IMG/VR virus record: IMGVR_UViG_3300033182_000980
Location: 1 to 64,000 of that record
Reading direction: 5' to 3' (one strand)
Length of the DNA stretch: 64,000 nt
In this document: piece by piece, positions 28,139 through 38,400 of the stretch
Layout of the letters: each line of letters starts with the position of its first letter
Position numbering within the stretch: position 1 is the first letter of the stretch
Made by a program: the position numbers and the translations under genes
The notes under the pieces: model-generated
What the model saw: only the letters and a program-made list of their open reading frames with translations
Databases searched by the model: none
What the model was told of the DNA's origin: nothing

Positions 28139-28202
28139 GGTTTCCCCTTATTATGATAGTGGTTAGTACCTCACTATTATATAAATAAGGGGTTACGATT
28201 AT

Positions 28203-28787
28203 CTACCAACGAGGCTCTTTCCTACGAAAGTTCCCACGAGGTTGATTTCTGTTATCGTAGTGAGGGTTGTAGTGAGGGTTGTAGTGGGGGTTGTAGTGGG
28301 GGTTGTAGTGGCGAGGTGGGTGCTGATTATAGTGTGGTTGGTTGTAATGTTGAGGACGCTTCTCACGATAAACATCCTTGTCCCAACGCTTCCTCTGCTT
28401 CTGGATTACATGAGCTGGAACATTATGCTCACACCTCTCTGCGAGCTGTCGATCAGATAAGCCTCCGTCATAGAGATTGACGACCTGTACGAAGTAGTCA
28501 TTCTTGTTTGCCATCTCCATGTAAGGATCACACTCCCACTTGCGAGTGAAAGTGTTATGAACGACAATCGTCTGATAATCGTCCTCCATAGCTTCGAGGC
28601 ATTCTTTCTGACACCACTCATGAGCCTCTTTTAGAGACTCATGGTTGAAGTTGTAAACCCCGCTGTCATCAACAAAGAAATCGTCTGCTGACACCATGAA
28701 CCGATTATCCAAATCACCGCAGATCGTCTCTGCGAGAGTTGTCTTTCCCGATCCACTTAACCCCCGTACCAAAATCAGTTGCTTCAC
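28203..28787 (-). CDS. P-loop kinase (AAA_33/N4BP2-like) with PHYN-repeat tail
   Basis: LVRGLSGSGKTT, SADDFF, AHEWC, VHNTF, HNVP. Confidence 0.8.
   Translation of the reverse strand: MKQLILVRGLSGSGKTTLAETICGDLDNRFMVSADDFFVDDSGVYNFNHESLKEAHEWCQKECLEAMEDDYQTIVVHNTFTRKWECDPYMEMANKNDYFVQVVNLYDGGLSDRQLAERCEHNVPAHVIQKQRKRWDKDVYREKRPQHYNQPHYNQHPPRHYNPHYNPHYNPHYNPHYDNRNQPRGNFRRKEPRW
28257..28310 (-). repeat. 12-bp tandem repeat encoding (HYNP)n
   Basis: gtagtg(a/g)gggtt repeated about four times. Confidence 0.85.
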
Positions 28788-28805
28788 TGTGCATCTCCAG
28801 TGCAG

Positions 28806-28976
28806 TTAAAGTTGTATCTCAATGACCCTTTTGGGTTCTCTCTGCTCTTCATTAGGTTTAGGTTTCAACTCCGGCTCTGGAATAGGTAGCCAAAGTCTCC
28901 GACCCTCCTCCTCAAGTTCTCTTTGTCTTTGCTGTTCCTTGAGGCTTTCGATCACAAGAAGGTCTATATCAATCAT
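28806..28976 (-). CDS. 56-aa protein (absent from ORF track)
   Basis: MIDIDLLVIESLKEQQRQRELEEEGRRLWLPIP...KRVIEIQL; AAGGAG RBS. Confidence 0.65.
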   Translation of the reverse strand: MIDIDLLVIESLKEQQRQRELEEEGRRLWLPIPEPELKPKPNEEQREPKRVIEIQL

Positions 28977-29078
28977 ACCAAGCTCCTTTCAATACCATTC
29001 CTAAATTAAATTGTAAACACAAGTCGGGGTTGACCCCAAACTGTTTTATCCACAGCACCCTTTACACGCTCCTACAAG

Positions 29079-29555
29079 CTATTTTCCCTCACTACTCTTG
29101 GCTACCCACTCATCCATCTTTGCTCCTAAGTTAAACCTCTTTGCCTCTCCCCCTGTTAAGGAGGCAACACGGTTCATTGTGTCTTGCCCTAAGTTTTGAG
29201 CCTCTAGCTTAGGCTTGATCTTGAGCTGTGGCACTGGCTTAGTCTCGCTGTAGTCATCGACAAGGCTTGAAGGGATGTCTCCCTTCAAGATTGCATTGGC
29301 AAACTTTTTACGATCCACCTTGATCACAACCTCACCGACAGTAGAGGGGTCGATCCCAAGCTGGTTAAGCTCGGCTAGTAGACCAGCTTCGTCATAGCTT
29401 GTGCGTGATGCGTCCACATGGTTCACATCTCCAAGGGGAGTCTCGATCTTTTCCCCGACAGGGATATGCTGACGCAGAGCTTTGATCTCGGCATCGAGAG
29501 CGTCTTTTAGTGCCTTGATCCGACACAGGTTTTCAGCGATTTGTTGCTTATTCAT
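29079..29555 (-). CDS. Hypothetical protein
   Basis: 158 aa, N-terminal coiled coil, AGGAGG RBS. Confidence 0.6.
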   Translation of the reverse strand: MNKQQIAENLCRIKALKDALDAEIKALRQHIPVGEKIETPLGDVNHVDASRTSYDEAGLLAELNQLGIDPSTVGEVVIKVDRKKFANAILKGDIPSSLVDDYSETKPVPQLKIKPKLEAQNLGQDTMNRVASLTGGEAKRFNLGAKMDEWVAKSSEGK

Positions 29556-29811
29556 ATTGTCCTCCTAGTAGCGAGCCAAACAGCTCTTTCATGTAAGTGG
29601 TTGTTTGTTCTATGGACTCGGACTCTCTTAAAACCTCTGTCCAAGCGTCTTTAAAGTCGAGGTGTTTGTCCTCTTCTACAATGAGCGTCATGTCCTCAAA
29701 TAGATCGAGAAAAGCTAGTGCATCTTCTCTGCTTTCGACCTTAGACAAGGCGACTAAGATCATTCCTGTATCTTGGGTTGTATTGCTGATTAGTTTGTAT
29801 GTGTGCTTCAT
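29548..29811 (-). CDS. Hypothetical protein
   Basis: 87 aa, AAGGAG RBS. Confidence 0.6.
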   Translation of the reverse strand: MKHTYKLISNTTQDTGMILVALSKVESREDALAFLDLFEDMTLIVEEDKHLDFKDAWTEVLRESESIEQTTTYMKELFGSLLGGQYE

Positions 29812-29837
29812 GTTATCTCCTTACGACTTTTATATGA

Positions 29838-30767
29838 TTACCCGACCTCACGCATACAGACTTGCTCGTCTGTCTCGTCTTGGATCTCGGTTTGGGTCAT
29901 CAACTCCATGATGTCCTCAAGGCTTACAACACCGTCTGTTCCTCCAAAGTCATCGACCATGACTGCAAGGTGAGACTTGCTCGTGGTGAACTGCTTGAAC
30001 ATCTCTTCACAAGTGGTTGAGGACTCAACCTTGAGGACGGCACGAGTAAGCTCTTGGACTGTCGGGTTCTCGTCCTTAGCGAGTGCTTGGAAAGCGTCTT
30101 TAAGGAGCATGATACCCTGTACATCATCTCGGCTCTTGCCTAGTACCACAAGGCGTGAGTGCTGACTCTCAAAGAGAGCTGGCTTGATGTCCTCAAGACG
30201 CTCGTCAGCCCTAACAGTAGTCATGTTCACACGAGGTGTACCAACCTGCTCAACAGTCGTGAGCGAAAGGTTGTATGTACCCTCGTAGATCTTCTCAACG
30301 ATAGCACTAGGCTCTGCACCCTTAAAACGAGCTGTGAGCTTTCCGATGACCCAGTTGACAGGTGTGAGTACCCATGAGAGCAATACCATCATAGGAGCGA
30401 AGATACGACCTCCAAGAAGTGGGTTGTTTGCACCGAACGCTTTGGGGATGATCTCCCCACAGATGATGATCGTGAAGGTCAAGACACCCATCACAAGGCC
30501 GACATACTCGCTACCTAACCACAGACCCGCTGAAGTGCCAACAGCACCCGAACCCATGATGTTAAATATATTGTTGCCGATGGTGTTGGTTGAGATATAC
30601 GCATCCTTGTCCTCCATCACCTTAGCGAGAGAACACGCACCAAAGAGCTTGTTCTTACAGGCGGACTTGACCTCAGCCTTAGAAAGACTTGCTACAGCCA
30701 TCTCCCACATAGAGTGGATAGCTGAACCGATGATAGTGATGATAAAAGCAGTAAGTGTGCTGACCAT
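29838..30767 (-). CDS. CNNM (DUF21) plus CBS-pair membrane protein (TlyC/CorB-like)
   Basis: S..EMAV.S, IGNN, GEIIPK, TPRV, HSRL.V, HLAV.VDDFGGTDG.VSLEDI.E. Confidence 0.88.
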   Translation of the reverse strand: MVSTLTAFIITIIGSAIHSMWEMAVASLSKAEVKSACKNKLFGACSLAKVMEDKDAYISTNTIGNNIFNIMGSGAVGTSAGLWLGSEYVGLVMGVLTFTIIICGEIIPKAFGANNPLLGGRIFAPMMVLLSWVLTPVNWVIGKLTARFKGAEPSAIVEKIYEGTYNLSLTTVEQVGTPRVNMTTVRADERLEDIKPALFESQHSRLVVLGKSRDDVQGIMLLKDAFQALAKDENPTVQELTRAVLKVESSTTCEEMFKQFTTSKSHLAVMVDDFGGTDGVVSLEDIMELMTQTEIQDETDEQVCMREVG

Positions 30768-30823
30768 GTTTTGTTCTCCATTGGGAGTGAGTGAATGAGG
30801 TCATTGTCAACCTCGACACTAGG

Positions 30824-30910
30824 TAATAGATAAGGGGTTACAACGCACACCTCCAAGACCTAAGTCATTGTAAAGTAAAGCAAAGTCGGAGTTGTAACCC
30901 CTTATCTATA
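30824..30910. promoter_or_regulatory. Back-to-back motif A pair (putative early promoters)
   Basis: GTAACCCCTTATCTAT on - (30841-30826) and + (30894-30909), facing divergent genes. Confidence 0.65.
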
Positions 30911-30960
30911 GATATGTGTCGGGGGGCTGAACCCCCAACCACTCTCAAAGGAGAAGCCTT

Positions 30961-31185
30961 ATGGCAAAGCAAAAGCTCGCAATCACCACACTCGCAATCA
31001 AGGCTCGGCTCGTTGATCGAGTCGATGGTGAGATCTACAACCCCTCTACCCTCTATGATGACCTCGCTCGGATCATCGAGCAGAATGGGTACAAGATGGA
31101 TCCACGCCAAGCTGTGAAGAAGGTCAAGGCTTTCAGTCAGCGTAAGCACGATGAGTGCTACACCAACTTCGGTGTGGACTACTAA
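30961..31185 (+). CDS. Small early hypothetical protein
   Basis: 74 aa, AAGGAG RBS after motif A. Confidence 0.65.
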   Translation: MAKQKLAITTLAIKARLVDRVDGEIYNPSTLYDDLARIIEQNGYKMDPRQAVKKVKAFSQRKHDECYTNFGVDY

Positions 31186-31262
31186 TCTGACCCTCATGGG
31201 TCTGTAACCCTTTATCTATAACCACACATCATAAACCCAATCACTCCCAACGGAGAAACAAA

Positions 31263-31574
31263 ATGTCTCGCAAGACCACCCTCACCTTTCAAACATACTA
31301 CAATGATGCAAAGTTCTTCTACGCTAAGGGGAACGATACCGAGCTTGGCGTAATCCGAAAGACTCCCTTTGGAGTCGAGGCTTCGATGTTCATCGGAGAG
31401 CGTGGAGCTTGGACGCAGGAGATCCCTGTGTTCGAGGGGGGCTACACTAAGGACTGCGAGAGCTTCCTTCGCAAGCTCTTTGCCGACAAGCAGAAACTTG
31501 TCGATGTAATCGAGGCTTACCGAGCCGAGCAGAACGCACAGCTAGATGCACTCACCAACCGACTCACTAACTAA
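31263..31574 (+). CDS. Early hypothetical protein
   Basis: 103 aa; motif A at 31204-31220; GGAG RBS. Confidence 0.65.
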   Translation: MSRKTTLTFQTYYNDAKFFYAKGNDTELGVIRKTPFGVEASMFIGERGAWTQEIPVFEGGYTKDCESFLRKLFADKQKLVDVIEAYRAEQNAQLDALTNRLTN

Positions 31575-31586
31575 AAGGAGAACACC

Positions 31587-31886
31587 ATGAACCACGATCT
31601 TAAAGAGAAGCTAGTAGAGGCTTTTGAGTCTGCTATCCAATACGCCTATGGGGATTGCACCACCATAGATGGGGTGGGGTCATGGGGTGGCGAATCATAC
31701 TACTACGGAGGGTTCATCACCGAGGGTGATAATCACCTCAACCTCAAAAGGGGTCAAGCTCAACTATCCAAGGACTCTGACTTAAAAGAGATGGGGATCT
31801 CAATCAGTCAGATTGAGACAAATAAAGACGAGGAGTATCTACGAGGTGAAATGGACATTCGTATTTACTTCACCTTAAACGCTTAA
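31587..31886 (+). CDS. Hypothetical protein
   Basis: 99 aa, AAGGAG RBS. Confidence 0.65.
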   Translation: MNHDLKEKLVEAFESAIQYAYGDCTTIDGVGSWGGESYYYGGFITEGDNHLNLKRGQAQLSKDSDLKEMGISISQIETNKDEEYLRGEMDIRIYFTLNA

Positions 31887-31913
31887 ACAGACCGACTCAT
31901 AAAGGAGAACATC

Positions 31914-32159
31914 ATGGGAATCGACCCAATCACACAATGCAATCTTGCCCCTACCTTCCGACTCCGTTTGGAGCATAAGGACGGACACTACAAGTTTTGG
32001 GAGGCCACAGGTCGCTCAGACGGTTCTGTAATCATCCGATATGGACGGATCGGGGATTGGGGTACAGCGATCACTAAGGATCGAGTGTACTTCGAGAAGA
32101 AAGCACCACAAAAGCTCAAGAAGGGCTACACAGTAGAGGAGATGACACTATCATGCTAA
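31914..32159 (+). CDS. WGR domain protein
   Basis: KFWE...IRYGRIG..G...KLKKGY. Confidence 0.75.
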   Translation: MGIDPITQCNLAPTFRLRLEHKDGHYKFWEATGRSDGSVIIRYGRIGDWGTAITKDRVYFEKKAPQKLKKGYTVEEMTLSC

Positions 32160-32938
32160 ACGCAATCAAATCAGCCGACAACATCTTAATCGTAACAGGT
32201 GCAGGGATCAGCACCTCATCGGGCATCCAAGCATGGCGTACAGGAGATGACGCTGTGTGGGCGAATGATGTCCTCGAAAAAGGCACACAACGCTACTTCA
32301 ATCGCAACCCAGCTAAAGCGTGGGAGTGGTATCTCAACAAGTTCAAGGGTGTCTTTGCCCTTGAGCCTAATGACGCTCATAAAGCACTCGTGGAGCTTGA
32401 AACATGGTGTGAGTCCGAGGGTAAGGTCTTTGACATCATCACACAGAATGTGGATCACCTACACAATAAGGCTGGCTCAAAGAATGTCATCGAGATACAC
32501 GGAACAACCAACGCTGTGCGTTGCCCTAATCATGGGTGTGATCATGGAGAACCGAGAGGTTCAATCCCTATGAGCGAGGTATGGGCTGACTATCAAAAGT
32601 TTGAGCAGACCAAAGACCCGAACGATCTACCTATGTGTCCTAAGTGTGATGTACCCCTAAGAGCACACGCTCTATGGTTCGATGAGTTTTACGGAGCTCA
32701 CGAGGACTATCAGCTTGATGACGCTATGGAAGCAATCGAAGAAGCAGATATGGTGGTCTTTATCGGCACTAGCTTCTCTGTCGGGATCACTAACATGGTA
32801 GTTCAAGCAGGTCGGCAAATGAAGAAGCCAATGTATATCATCGACCCTAGCCCTACCCAAGAGTCTAAGAGCTTCAAATACATCAAGGAAAAGGCGGAGG
32901 ACTATCTACCTAACTTAGTGCAACAACTGGTGAAATAA
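32153..32938 (+). CDS. Sir2/CobB family NAD-dependent deacylase
   Basis: TGAGISTSSGI, PNDAH, ITQNVDHLH.KAG, EIHG, Zn Cys pairs, WFDE, IGTS. Confidence 0.92.
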   Translation: MLNAIKSADNILIVTGAGISTSSGIQAWRTGDDAVWANDVLEKGTQRYFNRNPAKAWEWYLNKFKGVFALEPNDAHKALVELETWCESEGKVFDIITQNVDHLHNKAGSKNVIEIHGTTNAVRCPNHGCDHGEPRGSIPMSEVWADYQKFEQTKDPNDLPMCPKCDVPLRAHALWFDEFYGAHEDYQLDDAMEAIEEADMVVFIGTSFSVGITNMVVQAGRQMKKPMYIIDPSPTQESKSFKYIKEKAEDYLPNLVQQLVK

Positions 32939-33306
32939 TGGCTATCTGTGAGCTTCAATCAAGATTGATGGGGGATAAGTCATTTACATTAGTAATGACT
33001 TACCCCCATGCAAGACACTCTGGTCTTTATAACAGAGTATTTCAGTTTCGGAACGGTGAAGTCTCATATCAAACTTACTACTTTGATGATAGTGGCTCGG
33101 ACAGAAGATTTTATATCCTTCAAAAAATATCTGCACCTAAAAAGTTAGATATATCTAAAGTGGAGAAAACATTTTCGGATTTAAAGAGCAAGTCAGTATT
33201 TAAGTTCATTGATTTTATCAAGGGTATTGAACTTGAAGAATCTTTGAAACTTGTTTTCAAAGAGCACATTCACCACTTCAACTCAAAATGCAAAGTCTAC
33301 TTCTGA
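32938..33306 (+). CDS. Hypothetical protein
   Basis: 122 aa, TAATG-coupled to Sir2. Confidence 0.5.
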   Translation: MAICELQSRLMGDKSFTLVMTYPHARHSGLYNRVFQFRNGEVSYQTYYFDDSGSDRRFYILQKISAPKKLDISKVEKTFSDLKSKSVFKFIDFIKGIELEESLKLVFKEHIHHFNSKCKVYF

Positions 33307-33317
33307 ACAAGACCCAA

Positions 33318-33887
33318 CTACAGGAGCTGACGAATAACATCAAGACGCTCATACTGACTCATGTCGTACCAATCGAGCTTCAAGTAGCGTGTGCCACTTG
33401 GTAAGTGATCTGGTATCTGCATGACTTGAGCTTGTAGCTTGTGGAGGTAAGACTCCTCAATCCCCGACTCGAACTCCCGGCCTCTCTTAGAAATCCTCTC
33501 CATCGCTTGCTCCACAGAGACATGAAGGTGGATGCAGACATCAACATGGGGGATATAAGGCTTGAGCATATTGAAGTGCTTCATGTAAGAGGCGTGTTCG
33601 TCCTCTGTAAGCACCCCATCATCTCTTAAGATGTTGGCGAAACATATATCCCCAAAGATTGAGCGATCAAGCATGGTGTTCTCTGGAAGGTGCTTTGAGA
33701 ACCTGTCGTAGAGGAAGTGCATTTGAAGCGTGTAAGCCCATCGCTTAGGATCGTCCGAGTAAAACTTTTCAAGGAATGGGTTATCATCAACCGACTCATA
33801 CATGGGAGTGAGGTTAAAGTATTTGCTGGCTTCTGAAGTGAATGTGGACTTACCGACACCGATAAGACCCTCTACAATGATTCTCAT
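33318..33887 (-). CDS. Deoxynucleoside kinase
   Basis: IVEGLIGVGKST, LEKFY, LQMHFL, DRSIFGD, RISKRGREFE. Confidence 0.92.
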   Translation of the reverse strand: MRIIVEGLIGVGKSTFTSEASKYFNLTPMYESVDDNPFLEKFYSDDPKRWAYTLQMHFLYDRFSKHLPENTMLDRSIFGDICFANILRDDGVLTEDEHASYMKHFNMLKPYIPHVDVCIHLHVSVEQAMERISKRGREFESGIEESYLHKLQAQVMQIPDHLPSGTRYLKLDWYDMSQYERLDVIRQLL

Positions 33888-33970
33888 GTGGGGCTACCTC
33901 CTTTTCATAGTTTATTTATACCTCCCGATAGGCATGAACCATTCAACAATCTCATTTAAAGGAGATGACC

Positions 33971-34507
33971 ATGAGAAGAACCGCATCAGAAGTAGTTAGA
34001 AATCTTGAGATGAGGATCGCTCGTCTTGAAAGACAAGCATCTGGCACTGTTGAATATGACGAGTACGGTCGTACTGTCGAGTACGACATTGATTATTCAT
34101 ATCGACCAGATGTCAAAGACTCTAGGAAATATGTAGAGAAGATTCTCAAAGAGGTCAGCCTCGAATTCCTAGATACCCATGAAGAACCTTTTAGCAAAGA
34201 TCTTGCTGAGTTTGAATGGGAATATAGGGGTATGGAATCAGTAAAAGATCAGCTTTACCTTGTTTACTCCATCTATGCTTTTGGCAGTGAGAAATCCGAG
34301 TCCACTTATCGTTCAGGCTTTCCTCGTGATACAGAGGCTCATCATGTTGGGCTTATTGTGCCGATTGACTGGGGTACAGGAGATGTTGATGCTGAATGGG
34401 AGGACATTGAAAATTTCTTAAAGAAATCAGTCTTAAGAGATAAGACTGCTTTTTCTTACAAGAAGCTAGATGAAGTCGTAAGGCGGTCGAAGAAGTATTA
34501 CCGATAG
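33971..34507 (+). CDS. MRRTASE-leader family protein 4
   Basis: MRRTASEVVRNLEMRIARLERQAS; motif B at 33906-33920. Confidence 0.8.
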   Translation: MRRTASEVVRNLEMRIARLERQASGTVEYDEYGRTVEYDIDYSYRPDVKDSRKYVEKILKEVSLEFLDTHEEPFSKDLAEFEWEYRGMESVKDQLYLVYSIYAFGSEKSESTYRSGFPRDTEAHHVGLIVPIDWGTGDVDAEWEDIENFLKKSVLRDKTAFSYKKLDEVVRRSKKYYR

Positions 34508-34537
34508 AAGATTTTGGTGGGATATAAGCGAGTTAGC

Positions 34538-34873
34538 TTAAAGACCATGCCAGTGCTGATAAGCTCTGCGTATCGTTTTTAAGACATCGTTTCCAAACTC
34601 ATGGAACTCGACATCCCCCTCATAGGTTAGCGTCCATTTAGAGTGCCTGTACGCTATGAGGTGATGCCAATTTTGTCTACGATCTAAAGTAATCAAGAGG
34701 GTTAGATCTGTATCTTGATTATGGATAAAGACAATACCGTCATGATTTCTGTCGTATGAGAAGCCACACTCGGATAACACAGTAAAGATGTATTTAGGGT
34801 AGGAGATACCCTTGAAGTTTGCTTCTACACAAACCCGAATACCATCTTGTTTTTGTGTGTACGGCTTGTTCAT
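34538..34873 (-). CDS. Hypothetical protein
   Basis: Start at MNKPY; RBS inside a 14-bp inverted repeat (34872-34908). Confidence 0.55.
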   Translation of the reverse strand: MNKPYTQKQDGIRVCVEANFKGISYPKYIFTVLSECGFSYDRNHDGIVFIHNQDTDLTLLITLDRRQNWHHLIAYRHSKWTLTYEGDVEFHEFGNDVLKTIRRAYQHWHGL

Positions 34874-34915
34874 TGTCTGTGCCCTCTTATACATAGGGCA
34901 CAGACAATAAAAAGA

Positions 34916-35107
34916 TTACACTATATCATTGACATCCAATGGGAACTCTTCGTCCTCAACACTTAGAGATGTGATGAACTCAAAGATCTCTTTTGCAGTT
35001 GCCAAGATTTCTGTAATCGTAGGATATGCTTGCTCTGGATTTGAGGCGTATTTGCGAGAGTGGTACTCTTCGGCCATTTTCAGAGCTTGATAGACGGACT
35101 CATTCAT
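34916..35107 (-). CDS. Small hypothetical protein
   Basis: 63 aa; RBS inside a 15-bp inverted repeat (35111-35164). Confidence 0.6.
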   Translation of the reverse strand: MNESVYQALKMAEEYHSRKYASNPEQAYPTITEILATAKEIFEFITSLSVEDEEFPLDVNDIV

Positions 35108-35171
35108 AGGTAATCCCCTTGAGGTAGATTGGAAGTTATTCCTTATACCACCTCAAGGGGATTATCAATCC

Positions 35172-35435
35172 TTATGGGGTGAAAACACCTGAGGCGATGT
35201 CTCTAAAGCTAATACAAGCATTGTCCATCATGTCGGGAACACGCATATCGAGTTCTAAGAACCTTTTAGCGAGTGCCTTATAAATGATCATGATGTCCTC
35301 ATCATCATATCCCTCATCTGATCTCTCTTCCTCGAAAGAAACAGAGCCGATAACCTTAGCGTGGCTAATCATTTCCATCATGGGGATTTGGCTGATGTAA
35401 TCAAGCCATTCTTCGATAGTAGCTAAATCTTCCAT
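35172..35435 (-). CDS. Hypothetical protein
   Basis: 87 aa directly after the giant ORF. Confidence 0.6.
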   Translation of the reverse strand: MEDLATIEEWLDYISQIPMMEMISHAKVIGSVSFEEERSDEGYDDEDIMIIYKALAKRFLELDMRVPDMMDNACISFRDIASGVFTP

Positions 35436-35436
35436 C

Positions 35437-38400
35437 TTATTTATCCTTTCTTGCTCTTTGGACTTGGATGAGGTCTGGATCTTCTTCGCCTTCGATCAAC
35501 TCGGCAATGATCTGACCTTGATAGTTCTCAAGTCTTAACTGCTCCCAAATCGCTTGTAAACAAGGATCTTGCGAGTCCTCCCAAAGTCTAATGTCGGAGG
35601 CATTCAACTCTGAACCAAGTTTAATCCTCTGTTGTACATTATCTGCTCTGTACTCTTTATTCGCACTCTCCTCTTGACCAACAGTTCTACTCTGCAATGA
35701 CCTTTGTCCAGGAGCAGGAGTCCTGTGGTCGGTTTGAGGGTCAATCAAGCCATACTTCTTCATGTGTGCCTTGAAAACCTTTTCAGAACCACAAAGTCTC
35801 TCAATCTTCTCACGAAGCCCCTTGTTTGCATACCATGCAGTCCTGTATGCTTCTGGATACTGACTGACGACCTCTGTCCACTTGAGCTGTTGACCCTTGA
35901 CAGAAATCCTGTCGATTTCTTGTTCCCAACACCAGGGATCTTCTGTATTAAGGAGATCCAATGGAGAGTTAAGGAAATCATTCACATCAAGGTTCGCTTC
36001 AAGAGCCTTCTTCTTGAGATATGCGTTAGCAATCTTCATCGAAGGTGTGCCGTCTTGGAGGTTTAAGTACATAGTCATAGAACTGCCATACAAGCCCCAT
36101 AGCTTCTCACCGACAGCGACTCCATACTCTGTTGACTTCTTTGCATCGGGCTTCGGTGGCTTTGGAGTATTTGCGTCATACTCGGAGGCTCTGCGATCCC
36201 AAGCGTCCATCTCTTCTTGAACAACTGTCGTATCAATAGCAGGGCGAGGTGTGACAAGGCTGACATAATCGTTATTTCTAACGAGTGTGTGTGTGAAACC
36301 ATTATCAAGTCTAACGGTAATGTTTCCATGCCCATCAACATCAGTAACCACACCCTCCATATTGTATATATGGGATGCGTGTAGTCTCACTCTCTCGCCA
36401 TCTGCTTTGATCCGATCCCCAACTTGCCATCTCTCTTGCGTTGGCATCACAGGTCGCTCACCAAGAGTATTCTTCTTAGTTTCTTCCCATGCACTCATCG
36501 CATTTTTATAAGCATCTGCGTCTGACTTTTTAACCTTCATAGTTACAATGTCGGCTGTGATCACCAAGAGTTTTAAGAGATCAACAATACCTGGATTTTC
36601 ACCCATGATCTGTTTAACAGCTTGAACATAAACTTGATTAGGGCTGTCAGAGGGAACTCTACTTAGTAAGCCGGTGAGGTTTATGGTGTTAGTAAAACCA
36701 TATTTAGGCCAGACAGCATAACCACTATAGTAGCTATCTCCATCAGATCCAGCGGCGAGACACTTGATTTGCTTTATGCCCATGCGTTTTGCTGTGACGA
36801 TTTCTGCAAATAAGAACCTTGGAGAGAAACCTCTAGGAGCACATGGTTTAGCCTTAACAAAGCCATTGTCGATGGTGTCCCTTCCAATACCAACACCAGC
36901 ACCCTCAATGTACCTGTTCTCTTCTAATCGAATAGCACTACCAGTAACAGTACCTCTTGCATCATTCATGATGAAGTTAGCGAGTGCAGGTCCACCCATA
37001 AGGTCAATGATCTGCTTCTGCTTCTTAGTGAGGCTAGAACCGTCTCTATTGAACCTACCTGCCAACCATAGATCAGCATCATCATAACGACCTGGATCGA
37101 AAGTCATGTGGCTGAGTGGGTTTGCATCGTACTCTTCAAGTTCTTTTTCAGCTCTGGCACAGTTCTCTTCTGTCGGATCAAGGACTGCCCTCATCATAGC
37201 TGGTGTCTTAATCGCAATACCTGTGTCAGAGACACGAGCATCGAGACGAGCTGTAAGATCAGACTTCAAACCATTAACAATGATGTCTTGGAAGAAATCT
37301 TGATCCGCCTCATTAACCAAAGACTTGATTTGGTCAATCGAGAGCATATCAAAGTCATCTTTAACAGTCGCTCGCTCTTTGATGTCCATACCTTCTTGAA
37401 GAACGATCCTCTTAATGGGTTCTTCTTCACTTGGGAGGTTTACAGGGCAAACATAACCCATTGTGTTGAACATCTCATTGAGTTTGGGTTCAAGAACCTC
37501 GGCCTCCTCCCCTTGAGTAGTGAATGTGAATGAGTCTGAAAGAACCCAATCATCTTCATCCCAAATAAAGGTCTGATAGGTCTTACCTTCTTCAAGCTCG
37601 CTACGCTCAAGAGAACGAGCATTTATAAGGTCAACTTTGATACCACGAGCATTATCGCTAACAGTACCCTCTGACTCGGAGTCTGGAGCAAAGGTAGCAT
37701 CAATGTAGATTTCCTCTACCTGTTCAGCTTGACCACCACGATAAGCACGAGCAGTTCTCTGCTTTAAGAGTTCAGAGTCAAACCCTTTACCACGATCAAG
37801 GTGGATGACCTTAGTGAAGGTTTGGAAGTTGAAACCACGAGCATAGTTGTCCGAACAAACAGCAGTCGCTAATGTGCTGTTCTCTTTGACATACTTCTTC
37901 GAGATGTCCATAGCCCATGTTGACTCGGTTTCAGTATCTTCCTCTTCCTCTGAAGCCATCTTGGTGTAGATGCCTGTGTCGAGATACTTTGCATCAAAAG
38001 CGTCAACGCTCATGTTGTCTTGTTCAGTGACCTGAGCGACAATCTCACCGTTCTGATAGAAGATGATCTCTTTAGCCCAAAGGACAGCGTGTACCTTATC
38101 TCTACGAATCTTGCTGTTCTTCTTGATGACAGACTCGGCAAGTTTAAAGTTCGAGCAGAAGTAGAGGCACTTCTCGGTCGAGTTATCCTTAAAGACCTTA
38201 GACCCGACATCAGCCTTAAACATACCTTCGGAAGAAATCCTAATGAGCTTGTTTAAAGCGGTTCTTACTTTAGATGTCGCTCTGGTGAGATCTTGATATG
38301 CCTTACTCTTTGTTCGATCAAAGAACTCGCCGTCAGTATCTTTCATAGTGGCGAGCTTATGACGGAGATCACGATACTTAGCAACCATAGCTTTAAGCTC

